Source of the DNA: a virus
DNA: 64,000 nt
Strand: one strand, 5' to 3'
IMG/VR virus record: IMGVR_UViG_3300044730_001822
Coordinates: 1-64,000 of that record
In this document: piece after piece, positions 28,476-37,730 of the stretch
How the letters are laid out: the number at the start of each line of letters is the position of its first letter
Position numbering within the stretch: position 1 is the first letter of the stretch
Position numbers and translations under genes: made by a program
The notes under the pieces: model-generated
What the model saw: the letters and a program-made list of their open reading frames with translations, nothing else
The model's database searches: none
Told to the model about the DNA's origin: nothing

Positions 28476-28874
28476 TCACTGCCCATATCCACGAAATGCT
28501 TTGACGGGACTTACCTTGTGTACGTGTTCGGCTTCGGTACTGCGATTGTCTGTGAGTTTTTTGACTTCGCCGGCACCCACCGACTTGGCTGCTGCGTTGA
28601 TAATTTTAAGATCTTCGTCAGTATAGGTTGCCAACAATGGATCTCCAGCAAAGGCACCTGCTGGTGGTGTGGGAAAGTCAGGAGCACCTGCCATGGCTAT
28701 ACCAAAGCGCCACTGTGTATAAGGACTGCCGCCTTGTTTGGTTTGGCTGATATCAGGCATGGAGATAGCGCCTTTGATAGCAGACTTGTGCGACTTGGGC
28801 AGTTTATCTGCATTGGCTGGCACATCGGCTGCGCTGCCAAACTTGGCTTCATTGACAAATTCTCGTGCTCTCAT
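28476..28874 (-). CDS. Paralogue A3 of a small probable internal head protein family
   Basis: MRAREFVNE...Y.QWRFG.AMAG...YTDED...SPVKAFRGYGQ. Confidence 0.75.
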   Translation of the reverse strand: MRAREFVNEAKFGSAADVPANADKLPKSHKSAIKGAISMPDISQTKQGGSPYTQWRFGIAMAGAPDFPTPPAGAFAGDPLLATYTDEDLKIINAAAKSVGAGEVKKLTDNRSTEAEHVHKVSPVKAFRGYGQ

Positions 28875-29749
28875 TATAAATCTTTCATATTCATATGGCC
28901 AAAGGGTGGATCAACGTGTGTGTTTTGCCACAGCGCACGATTGCTCAATATCTCAACCCACACATTGGTGTCGGGACGATTGAGCCGCCAAAAATCAAAC
29001 TCCATGTGACTACTGATAGGGCGACAATACAAAGTCCGCTCCTTGGGCACACACAGTTGCTGGCTTGTAGTCCTCATCTTCTTTCGTTGTGTGCTGGTTC
29101 TCATGATATTTAGTTGGGCATCATTTATGTATACTTGGCACATTCCGTCTACTAGATCTTCGGGTTTTTTAGCAGACTTGACCACTTGTTCGGCCAGCAG
29201 TAATCTGGTTTCACTGCTGAGTCGGCTGATAGTTTCGCTGGTGTTTGAAGGTTTCCATTGATACCCTGCGTCGGGCATCCATAGTCCGTGATTGCTTCTA
29301 GCCACAGTATTCTTCTTGGCAATTTTTTTCACGATAGATCTAAAAGGCCCTTTGCCGTCATCGTCAGTGGCTTCTATCAGATATAAATCATCCGCATTGA
29401 ACACTATGGTGCAGCCACCTAGTTGTCGTTTAACCAACAACTTCACAGCATCCAAGGGATCCTGATACAACAAAGCCTGTGCAATAATCCTGCCATCGGG
29501 ACTGGTATGTTCTGTGCCGGCTTCCACTTCGCTTTCGTCGTCGTAGACATCAAGACTGGTGTTTAGTATACTAAGCCCGGCACTGTTGATACCTTCTTTA
29601 TAGCCAGTGACACGATCGTGCATCATCATGCGATCCACACCTTGCTGTTCGCTTTCAATGAAATCTAATACAGGAGTGTAGTTGCGATCCCGATTCTTGG
29701 CGCCGGCCCATCCTATGCCAGGAAAGTATTTTGCAACTATGATGCACAT
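28874..29749 (-). CDS. Ntn-hydrolase (Cys2 nucleophile; C45/NRDE-like)
   Basis: MC start, KNRDR, EGINSAGL, RSNHG. Confidence 0.75.
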   Translation of the reverse strand: MCIIVAKYFPGIGWAGAKNRDRNYTPVLDFIESEQQGVDRMMMHDRVTGYKEGINSAGLSILNTSLDVYDDESEVEAGTEHTSPDGRIIAQALLYQDPLDAVKLLVKRQLGGCTIVFNADDLYLIEATDDDGKGPFRSIVKKIAKKNTVARSNHGLWMPDAGYQWKPSNTSETISRLSSETRLLLAEQVVKSAKKPEDLVDGMCQVYINDAQLNIMRTSTQRKKMRTTSQQLCVPKERTLYCRPISSHMEFDFWRLNRPDTNVWVEILSNRALWQNTHVDPPFGHMNMKDL

Positions 29750-29751
29750 GG

Positions 29752-30132
29752 TTACTGCCCGTAGCCCCGGAATGACTTTACTGGGCTGGTGCGATTGACG
29801 TAATCTGCTTCTAGACTGCCCTTTTCTATATACTCTTCGGGTTTCATGTCTAGCTTTTTCATGATGGCTATGAGTTTTTCACGATCGTATTCGGTGTATG
29901 CGCTGAACAAGGGCAAGTTACCAAAGAAACTGATGTCGTCTACTTTGTCAAGTTCTTTTGGGTCCATACCGGCCAATGAACACACGCGATAGAAGTCGTA
30001 GTATCTGCCCCAATACACATCGCCACCTCCGCCGGGACCCACCAATCCAGGATGCGCCATTTCAAACTCGTGGCGGGCGGCAGAACGCCGATTGTTCCTT
30101 TTGCCTTCGGTAATGAATTCGTGTGCTCTCAT
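29752..30132 (-). CDS. Paralogue A2 of the small internal head protein family
   Basis: MRAHEFITE...YDFYR...LAG...AYTEYD...SPVKSFRGYGQ. Confidence 0.75.
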   Translation of the reverse strand: MRAHEFITEGKRNNRRSAARHEFEMAHPGLVGPGGGGDVYWGRYYDFYRVCSLAGMDPKELDKVDDISFFGNLPLFSAYTEYDREKLIAIMKKLDMKPEEYIEKGSLEADYVNRTSPVKSFRGYGQ

Positions 30133-31100
30133 ACTGTAACTTTTATCCTTGGCATCATCTCGCCCTCCGGAGCAAGTATGTATGGTTGATCTGATTTGAT
30201 GTTAGGCAATAATTCTTCGATCGAAGTAAAATATTGTGCTGTTCGTCTTGGCACGCTCATTATCAATAGACCATTGAATCCAGAATATGCCTGATAGTTG
30301 GCATATCCAACAGTGATAACAGCCTGTTTGATGTCTTGTGCTGAACCATTCATTAGGGCCCGAGCATACATACTATTGTCTACTTTGTTAAAAGTGGCCT
30401 GAGCAATAAGATCACATAATTTTTTCATCTGAGCTGGTTTTAGCCCAATTTTTTGTTTGAGATATTCACGTATCTGTAACCAAGCATTTACATTGACTCG
30501 CTGTGGTATATCAAATCCGCTGACATCCATGAGTGCTTCTCTTATGGCATTAAGGCTCATATTGGCTTTGCGCGGATTGATCCAACGTCCACCACTCTTC
30601 TGTTCAGTCTTGAGTTCTACAAAACCAACATCTTTTACCTCTAAATCTCCGCCGCCGGATTCTTGCCCGGTAAATCGTATGTCTGGACTCATGATGCTGA
30701 ATGCTAATTCTCCGGGACCAACACCTTGTTTAATAATTGGAACTAGATTGTTAAAAACACGTTGCGGGAAACCGGGAGTTACAAATTGATCATAACCAAC
30801 TTTGCTTTTACTAAACAAATTCTTGATATCAATAAAACCTTTGGAGTAATTGTCAGCAAAAGATAATTTTTCATCTACTGTGCCCTCAGTATTCAACACT
30901 ACTTGTGTAAGTATATCCAAGAATTTTTTTGCATCAACATCCTGTTTCATTGCTGTGTTTATTCTTCCAACAACATCGCTAGATTTGAGAGCATTGTAAA
31001 CTTTGTTAAGCAGAGATTCATCATTGGTTTGATTTATCAAATCAGTGACAACTGCTTTGAGTTTTTGTGCATCTTCTACAATAATTTCGTGTGCTTTCAT
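30129..31100 (-). CDS. Probable PD-(D/E)XK nuclease-like protein with a capsid-targeting N-terminus
   Basis: MKAHEIIVE; GPGE...GDLEV....VELK....GGR. Confidence 0.5.
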   Translation of the reverse strand: MKAHEIIVEDAQKLKAVVTDLINQTNDESLLNKVYNALKSSDVVGRINTAMKQDVDAKKFLDILTQVVLNTEGTVDEKLSFADNYSKGFIDIKNLFSKSKVGYDQFVTPGFPQRVFNNLVPIIKQGVGPGELAFSIMSPDIRFTGQESGGGDLEVKDVGFVELKTEQKSGGRWINPRKANMSLNAIREALMDVSGFDIPQRVNVNAWLQIREYLKQKIGLKPAQMKKLCDLIAQATFNKVDNSMYARALMNGSAQDIKQAVITVGYANYQAYSGFNGLLIMSVPRRTAQYFTSIEELLPNIKSDQPYILAPEGEMMPRIKVTV

Positions 31101-31480
31101 TTCAACACACCTTTGACTGCTCTCACTGGACTTTTCTTTCCTGTGGTGGATGATTCTTCACTTGCTGCTGTTGATAATTGCGTTGCGCCGCCCACGTTCA
31201 TCATGGCCAAGGCTTTTTTCATCAACGCTACTTCGCTTTCATCGTAGGCAACAACAATCATACCATCACCCCAGGGAGACTCTTTATGGAATGTATCGCT
31301 GCCTTCTTTTTCCAGTGCTTCTTTAGCGCCAGCACCTGCTAGTGCTACGCCATAGCGATACTGCACGTATGAATTTTGATTAGGCAATCCCGGAATGATA
31401 AATGTGGATGGTAATGCGTCTGCTACGCCTGGTTGCAGACTGCCGTGAGCTTGCTCACTGATAAACTCACGGGCACGCAT
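31097..31480 (-). CDS. Paralogue A1 of the small internal head protein family
   Basis: MRAREFISE...YVQYRYGVALAG...AYDESE...SPVRAVKG. Confidence 0.75.
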   Translation of the reverse strand: MRAREFISEQAHGSLQPGVADALPSTFIIPGLPNQNSYVQYRYGVALAGAGAKEALEKEGSDTFHKESPWGDGMIVVAYDESEVALMKKALAMMNVGGATQLSTAASEESSTTGKKSPVRAVKGVLK

Positions 31481-31481
31481 T

Positions 31482-31814
31482 TTAGATTATGGTTTGTCCA
31501 CCAATGACACCGGCCAATGCTGAACTGGCTGTGCCTAACTCTGTGGCTGTGTATCCACTGCCTACGACGGTAACTTTGTTTTGAGCGCCGCAGTAGACAT
31601 CGCGTGTGGTAGCAGCAGGAATCTGCATAGGAGTAGTATAAAGGTTTCCGGCGGGTGTGGTGTTGCCAATAACCACATTGGCATTGCCATAGATGCTGCC
31701 ATCCACCAGAGCCACTTGATACACTTGATAAGTTACCGCGGTATTGGTGCTGATGCGTAGTTTATCGGTATAAACTGTTGCGTTGCTGAGACTGGTATAG
31801 ACGTTGACTGCCAT
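31482..31814 (-). CDS. Small beta-rich virion protein
   Basis: 110 aa, T/A/N/V-rich, AAGGA SD. Confidence 0.65.
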   Translation of the reverse strand: MAVNVYTSLSNATVYTDKLRISTNTAVTYQVYQVALVDGSIYGNANVVIGNTTPAGNLYTTPMQIPAATTRDVYCGAQNKVTVVGSGYTATELGTASSALAGVIGGQTII

Positions 31815-31829
31815 TTTATTTTCCTTTGA

Positions 31830-32744
31830 TTACCACTTGCGGCACGACCAATAACGTGCCTTCCAGCGCGGTCCTGGATTGTCACAGTTGTGTCTTGCAC
31901 GGAAACTGCGGCGACGTGCTGGATTAGATTTTTTAATACGCATATTGGGATCGCCAAAGTTGACCTTGACAACATTTCCGTTGGGTTTTTTGACATAGAC
32001 CTTGAACTTTTTCACATCGCCTTGCATGGGCTTGCCCAAAGAAACTTTGCGTCCACGATATTCGGCTTCATCTAAGTCTGCTGCAGGTTTAGCGCGACCA
32101 TATAGATCAATTTCAAATTTTCCGCCACCTAGTTCAATCAGTTGATCCATGAGTTCGCTAGACAAAGATTTGTCGCCATTCTCTCTGGCTGCATTCAAAG
32201 CTGCTACTAGTTCGTTATATTTCTTTTTATCAACAATATGACTGGAGCCTTCGTCAACAGTGATATCTTCCTTTTGTATACCTGCCTGCGATAGACCTTT
32301 ACGTGCAAGATGTCTTGCTTTGTGTTTGATCACGTTTCCAAATTGATCTTTGTCCGATGTGTTTTGGTCCGGAGTAAAGGGAATATCTTTGGCCATGCGG
32401 CGGCGATCGATTTCTGCTTGCTGTGCTTCTATTTCTTTTTGAAGGCGATCAGCTTCATCGCCGTACTCTCGGGCAGCATCTGCCATGGAACGCCCTGATA
32501 GAGATTTGAATCTTGAATCAATTTTATCCAATGCAGATTTTGCTTCGGCAACATATCCATAGCCTTCCAGCAACTCAACACCACGATCATCTAACTCAAT
32601 GACAATGCCATCATTGACACACTCAGTAATGAAACCAGAAATCAACATTTCATCGCGAGCGATTTCAATTTCGAATACATCACCTACTGCTGGTTTGGTA
32701 ATGTAATCTTCGGCTTCGGTGAGATAATCTTTTAGACTGCGCAT
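31830..32744 (-). CDS. Probable internal head protein with a basic C-terminal domain
   Basis: MRSLKDYLTE; the C-terminal module after LDE is KVNFGDPNM...RRSFRARHNC...ARYWSCRKW. Confidence 0.7.
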   Translation of the reverse strand: MRSLKDYLTEAEDYITKPAVGDVFEIEIARDEMLISGFITECVNDGIVIELDDRGVELLEGYGYVAEAKSALDKIDSRFKSLSGRSMADAAREYGDEADRLQKEIEAQQAEIDRRRMAKDIPFTPDQNTSDKDQFGNVIKHKARHLARKGLSQAGIQKEDITVDEGSSHIVDKKKYNELVAALNAARENGDKSLSSELMDQLIELGGGKFEIDLYGRAKPAADLDEAEYRGRKVSLGKPMQGDVKKFKVYVKKPNGNVVKVNFGDPNMRIKKSNPARRRSFRARHNCDNPGPRWKARYWSCRKW

Positions 32745-35698
32745 TATCCTGCTTGTCCTTTGATCGTGGTAATATCATTGTCGCCTTTGTAACCTTTGGC
32801 ATACTGAAGTTTCATACCATTGAGACCGCCACTGAGACGATTCACCAACTCATCAACATCGCCATATTCTGTGGCGTCTGCTGTGTTGCCGGAATTTTCT
32901 TCAGTGACTGCTTCCTCGGCACAGGTGCCGGGATCATACTTTTGATACATCTCGCGGCCCATGCCAGCCATTTTCAGCAGTTCAACCAAACTCTGTGCAT
33001 CGTCTTGCGTGGCTGTGACTGTAACAGTATCGTCGCCGGTGCTGCTTTGATTAGTGCTGACATTGATGTCCTCTGCTACCATTTGTTGGAACTGGCTTTC
33101 GTAGGCTTCGTAGACGCCTTTGCCATAATAGCCGCCGGATTTGGATTCTTCTGACTCGTCAACTTTTTCATCTTTGTCGTCTTTGTCTTTGTCCTCGTCT
33201 TTTTCTTCGCTATCTTTTTTGTCGTCGTACTCGATGTCTTTCTTAACTTCTTCGCCATCTTCTTCTGCGTCATCGTCGCGCTTTTCGGCATCAGTGTCAT
33301 CGTGATCACGTTTGTCGTCGTACTCCACATCCTTGGCTACTTTTTTAGCAGCCTTTTCTGCTTTGTCGTCTTTTTCGGCATCTGACTCTTCCTTTACTGG
33401 CATACCAGCCAATGCTTTCATACGCTCCAATACAGCAATGGTTTCGTCGATTTCTTTGGTACTGAAATCCTGACCAAAGGCCTTGAAACTATCTTTGCCA
33501 GATTTTTCAGCTGCTGCATCCTGCTGTTTAAGATATTCGCCTTTGCTGACTTCGTCAAGATCGGTTTCTTTGCCTGAACCGCGAGGAATATGATTCATAG
33601 CCTGGTCTACAAAATCATCTATGCTGTCTTCGTCGCTTCCAAAAGGTTGTTGCCGTTTCAACCATTTGTTCAATATAGGGTCTTTGGCCCGGGATTCTTG
33701 GGGGTCGAAGGCCTGCATGTTGGGATCATACTGCAGATGTATCTCAGTGCCATTGAACATGACCTGTGCCTTCATCTCATCGTCGCCCAGCACATAGGTG
33801 TATCGGTTGCCTTTGTCGGTGACAAAGGTCTCGGTAGAAGCTTCTTTCACAGGTAATTCAAGTGCCATGTCTTTGGCTCGTTGTAGCACACGCTGACCAG
33901 GATCTTTGATATCTTTTTTGTAATCCTGTGTCATGGTTTTGGTCAATGTGGAATCGCCTGGCTGCTGCCAAGGAAGATCTTTACCAGAAAGAACACCTTC
34001 ATCCATCCCATCTGCCGACTCTTTAGGATAAGCAGTGCTGCCATATTTTACACTTGATGGCATGGGGTTAGAACCAGTCATGGCAGATTTCATTGTATCC
34101 CATACGCCTTCATCCATCCCATCTGCCGACTCTTTAGGATAAGCAGTGCTGCCATATTTTACACTTGATGGCATGGGGTTAGAACCAGTCATGGCAGATT
34201 TCATTGTATCCCATACGCCTTCATCCATCTCTGCGTTTTTCTTTTTCCATGCTGTGGCATAAGCGATGGATTTTTCTTGCGGTGTAAGTTTGCCATCTTT
34301 GGCATAGCCTTGTTTGATATGCTTGACCATGCGCTCATACTTGTCACCCGGGGGTGCTTTTTCTGTCATGGGAGCAGCAAAGGCAGCAACTTCTACGCCT
34401 TCAACCATAGCGCGGCACTTGGAAACGTTGCCTTGGAATGCAACACCAGGATAGGCTGCACGGATTTCGCGCTTCCAGGAAGGATATGATTCCACAATCA
34501 TCATGTTGGCTGCTTGGATACCTTCTTTGACTGTACGGCTAAATTTTTCGCCGCCTTTCATACCCCAGGTTGTGCCTTTGTGCTTGGGCAGTTTGTAAAG
34601 GCTGGCCTTGGGAGCTTTGCCGCCCCAAGGCAAACTTGCAGAAGTTTTTTCAGATTCTTTCTTCTTGGGACGACCACGACCACGTGGCTCATCTGATTCT
34701 TCGTCTTCGTCTTCGTCTTCCCAATTCACTTCCTTGGCTTTGTGTTTGATACCTTTGTCTGTTTTTGTGATGGTACCACCTTTGTGTGTTTTTTCTTGTT
34801 CGCCCAGTGTGACTCCGGCAGCATTGCGGCCGTCATCGCCTGTGTCGGGCATATTGACATTGGCCTCACCTAGAGGAGGATCATACGCACCCATTTCATC
34901 ATTGCTCTGTGGATCAGTGACCATGCCTGCTTCATCCATCTTGTCATAGCGTGTGCGAATCTTGGCCATGGTCTCTTTGCTGGCATGATTACGTCCGGCT
35001 TTTTGCAAAGCTTTCATGCCTTCTTCGCCATATTTTTTCTTGCCGAGATATGCTTGTAGTGCAGATTCATCCATGGCATCTTCGCCCACAGATTCTTTGG
35101 CACGTAGTTTGGCCAACACAGCACCAGCTACTCTTTCACCGGCTTCTTTGCTGCCATAACGCTCACCGGCCGACTTTGCAATTTTACTAAAATTCTTGCC
35201 AGGCTTGCCAATGTCTTTTCCGGCACTGGCCTTCTTGGCACTGTAACCAACTTCAGCCACAGGTGTGAGATTCAATCCACCTGAATAGTTTTCGTTCAGG
35301 ATAGATTTTGTCTTGTTGATGCTTTCTACCAAGCTGTCTGCTTGTGCAGCCATGGTACCACTGGGAGTAATCATGGCAATGCCAGCGTGCTTGAGAATGC
35401 TACGCAACTCTGGAGATTCTTTTACTTCTTTTTTATCAGCAGCGGCTTTCTTCATGGATTCTTTTTTGTTGCCATCTTTGTCAAGATCCAAGAAGTCTGG
35501 CTTGTCACCTTCCATGACTTCGCCTTCGGGGCACTCGCAGTGGCTTTCATACATACCGCATTCGTTGCAGGTCTCACCATGCACACCTTCGCTCACAGTC
35601 TTGAAACCATATGCTTGAGTGTTGTTGGCCGCATCACGATAGTGAGGGTCTTTTTCAGCAATGGCTTTGAGTTTGTCTAATACGTTGTAAATGTTCAT
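32744..35698 (-). CDS. Large modular, highly charged internal head protein (possible polyprotein)
   Basis: 984 aa, K/E/D-rich, punctuated by MDE/VKE/LDE/IDE motifs. Confidence 0.7.
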   Translation of the reverse strand: MNIYNVLDKLKAIAEKDPHYRDAANNTQAYGFKTVSEGVHGETCNECGMYESHCECPEGEVMEGDKPDFLDLDKDGNKKESMKKAAADKKEVKESPELRSILKHAGIAMITPSGTMAAQADSLVESINKTKSILNENYSGGLNLTPVAEVGYSAKKASAGKDIGKPGKNFSKIAKSAGERYGSKEAGERVAGAVLAKLRAKESVGEDAMDESALQAYLGKKKYGEEGMKALQKAGRNHASKETMAKIRTRYDKMDEAGMVTDPQSNDEMGAYDPPLGEANVNMPDTGDDGRNAAGVTLGEQEKTHKGGTITKTDKGIKHKAKEVNWEDEDEDEESDEPRGRGRPKKKESEKTSASLPWGGKAPKASLYKLPKHKGTTWGMKGGEKFSRTVKEGIQAANMMIVESYPSWKREIRAAYPGVAFQGNVSKCRAMVEGVEVAAFAAPMTEKAPPGDKYERMVKHIKQGYAKDGKLTPQEKSIAYATAWKKKNAEMDEGVWDTMKSAMTGSNPMPSSVKYGSTAYPKESADGMDEGVWDTMKSAMTGSNPMPSSVKYGSTAYPKESADGMDEGVLSGKDLPWQQPGDSTLTKTMTQDYKKDIKDPGQRVLQRAKDMALELPVKEASTETFVTDKGNRYTYVLGDDEMKAQVMFNGTEIHLQYDPNMQAFDPQESRAKDPILNKWLKRQQPFGSDEDSIDDFVDQAMNHIPRGSGKETDLDEVSKGEYLKQQDAAAEKSGKDSFKAFGQDFSTKEIDETIAVLERMKALAGMPVKEESDAEKDDKAEKAAKKVAKDVEYDDKRDHDDTDAEKRDDDAEEDGEEVKKDIEYDDKKDSEEKDEDKDKDDKDEKVDESEESKSGGYYGKGVYEAYESQFQQMVAEDINVSTNQSSTGDDTVTVTATQDDAQSLVELLKMAGMGREMYQKYDPGTCAEEAVTEENSGNTADATEYGDVDELVNRLSGGLNGMKLQYAKGYKGDNDITTIKGQAG
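33996..34229. repeat. Perfect 111-bp tandem duplication (about 2.1 copies)
   Basis: Units start at 33996, 34107 and 34218; they encode MDEGVWDTMKSAMTGSNPMPSSVKYGSTAYPKESADG. Confidence 0.95.
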
Positions 35699-35700
35699 GA

Positions 35701-36333
35701 TTATTTTCCTACGTTGATGGTCATATCGCCGGCACGCATTTTGGCGGGGCGGCTTACTCGACTGAAAGGACTGGTGTTGTCCTGTGGCAAGTCATTGGTG
35801 GTTTTTGCTTTGGGTGTTTTACCACCGGCTACTTCAAACTTTGCGCCATCTTTGGCTGCTTCTGCTGCCATGGCAGCATCTCTAGTGGCGTAGCGTTTGC
35901 TGAGTTCTTTTTGCTCGGCACTGGGTGCGCCTAGGTCTGTGGTCATTAACAAAGAATCTTTTTCGCTGGTTTTTTCTGTATCCAACTGTCCTTCAGCATC
36001 CTTTTCAATGCTGTCGTCCCACTTGCGATCCACTACCACGATGTTGGCAGTTGGCACACCGCACAGATGTACCTGCTGCTGGATCTCATCTAGGCTGGCA
36101 GGATACTTGAATGTAAAATCAATGATGTTGATTTCTGTGTTTTTCAAGCCAGGAAAATCCGAAGGTGTGGCCAGGATAGGCGTTTTTTTCGCTGTGCTCA
36201 TTGATACCACATCGTACTTGTCTAGGCGTTGCTTGATATCTGCCTGGCATTTGGAATCCAGTTCACCGGCAATTTTTATGCGGTAACTGAACTCCCTGGC
36301 ATCTTCTATTAAGTATTCTTTAAAACTTTTCAT
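35701..36333 (-). CDS. Hypothetical head protein
   Basis: MKSFKEYLIE N-terminus; CTAAATA upstream. Confidence 0.7.
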   Translation of the reverse strand: MKSFKEYLIEDAREFSYRIKIAGELDSKCQADIKQRLDKYDVVSMSTAKKTPILATPSDFPGLKNTEINIIDFTFKYPASLDEIQQQVHLCGVPTANIVVVDRKWDDSIEKDAEGQLDTEKTSEKDSLLMTTDLGAPSAEQKELSKRYATRDAAMAAEAAKDGAKFEVAGGKTPKAKTTNDLPQDNTSPFSRVSRPAKMRAGDMTINVGK

Positions 36334-36367
36334 AGGTCATTCCTAGTTTATGATTTATTTAGCGTTT

Positions 36368-36871
36368 TTAATGTTTTACTTCGCCTTCTTTTAGTCTACG
36401 CATGAGTTCGTTGCGATCTAAAATCACGCCTTCTGCTGTGGGTATAGCAGTGGGGCTGCTGAGTGAATCTTCTGATTGCCGCAGTTGATCGCCTTTGAGT
36501 TTGGCGTGCTTGAGTTGCAGGTCAATTTGACGCAGTTTTTTGTTTACCTTGGCTGTTTTAGCAGTGATAGCGTGCCCCAGCATGGTGCCAGCCACAGCAA
36601 ATATCTCACTTGCGTATCTGCTGTCCACTTGCATACCCAGATTCATCAAATCTTCGTAACTTTCCTTGGCCAAGCCCACTAGTTCGTCAATTTCCGTGTC
36701 AGCTGCTTCCAGGCCCTTGACGGCAGGCAGGGCCGACTCTATGCGTTCTAAGTTGGCCAACGCTGTGGCAGTAACGGGCACATCTTCCGATTCTATCTGC
36801 ACAGCCGGAGTTTCCACCACAGTTTCTTCATCCTGCGGCAATTCAAACAATTCTTCTAATTTTTTGGTCAC
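36368..36871 (-). CDS. Probable terminase small subunit (gp16-like)
   Basis: Helical 167-aa protein with LAKESYEDL...SEIFAVAGTML; coupled to gp4; terL lies downstream on the same strand. Confidence 0.5.
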   Translation of the reverse strand: MTKKLEELFELPQDEETVVETPAVQIESEDVPVTATALANLERIESALPAVKGLEAADTEIDELVGLAKESYEDLMNLGMQVDSRYASEIFAVAGTMLGHAITAKTAKVNKKLRQIDLQLKHAKLKGDQLRQSEDSLSSPTAIPTAEGVILDRNELMRRLKEGEVKH

Positions 36872-37302
36872 CTACGACCTCCTTGATAAAATATGTCTTC
36901 TTCTGTGACTACTCTAAAAGTCAAACCTTGTCTACGGCACCACTTGGTAGCAGCGTCCCACTTGGCATAGTTGATGGCCACGGTCATGCGTTCTCTGTTG
37001 CTGGCCTTGCTTTCAATGATGCTTTGCTTCTTGGGCTTGATTTCCACTACCTCAGTGCAGATTTGATTTTTCTTGTTAAGATACTGTACAAGAAAATCCG
37101 GAACATATATAGTCTGCTTGCCTGTCAATGGGTGCTGATAAGGAATGCGTATGCTTTCGCTGGCCCATTTAATTATGTTTTTGTTGTTGTCGCAGAAGTT
37201 CATAAAACTCAACTCCCATCCAGAACGATATCTGGGACGACCCAGGCCTACATACTTGTCGGGATTTTGGGGTACAAATTCCCCTTGAGCAAACTTGGAC
37301 AT
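36868..37302 (-). CDS. gp4: Head completion nuclease (T4 gp4-like)
   Basis: P.NP.KY.G, YRS.WE..FM..CD, WASE...IPY, YVPDF, EIKP, N.AKW.AA. Confidence 0.9.
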   Translation of the reverse strand: MSKFAQGEFVPQNPDKYVGLGRPRYRSGWELSFMNFCDNNKNIIKWASESIRIPYQHPLTGKQTIYVPDFLVQYLNKKNQICTEVVEIKPKKQSIIESKASNRERMTVAINYAKWDAATKWCRRQGLTFRVVTEEDIFYQGGRR

Positions 37303-37303
37303 T

Positions 37304-37693
37304 TCAATCTAGTATGGTCCTGGTCACGTAGTAGTTACTGCTGAACCTACGCACAGTACCCAATAGTGTGCTGGTGCTTTGGATTTGATTCAACCAATAG
37401 GCCATCAGTGTGTCAATAGTGATGCCTTCTCTGTTGTCAATTTGCTGTAACAGATCCTGAACCGTGATATTTTCACCGTTGCTTTGAAAATTACCTGCTA
37501 TTCTGAAAAGATTGTCTGTAAACACAGCCGCAGTTTCTTTATTAGAAGTGTTTTTTTCAAAGTACCCCAAGGTATAATCGTAGGTGCTTTGATCAACAGG
37601 ATATCCAAAGTCGCCATCATAGCCAGCATTGAACTGCTGATACACAGCACTGGTGCGATCTTTTACATTGTCTGGATTGTTCACCGAAGGCAT
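37304..37693 (-). CDS. Hypothetical late protein
   Basis: Start MPSVN 5 nt after TAAATA. Confidence 0.65.
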   Translation of the reverse strand: MPSVNNPDNVKDRTSAVYQQFNAGYDGDFGYPVDQSTYDYTLGYFEKNTSNKETAAVFTDNLFRIAGNFQSNGENITVQDLLQQIDNREGITIDTLMAYWLNQIQSTSTLLGTVRRFSSNYYVTRTILD

Positions 37694-37730
37694 ATGAATA
37701 TTTACCTTGTGTATTTTACCAAACCAAGGA

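Noticed and set aside
33996-34229. The 111-bp repeat as a CRISPR array
   Set aside because: There are no spacers; it is a contiguous in-frame coding duplication.
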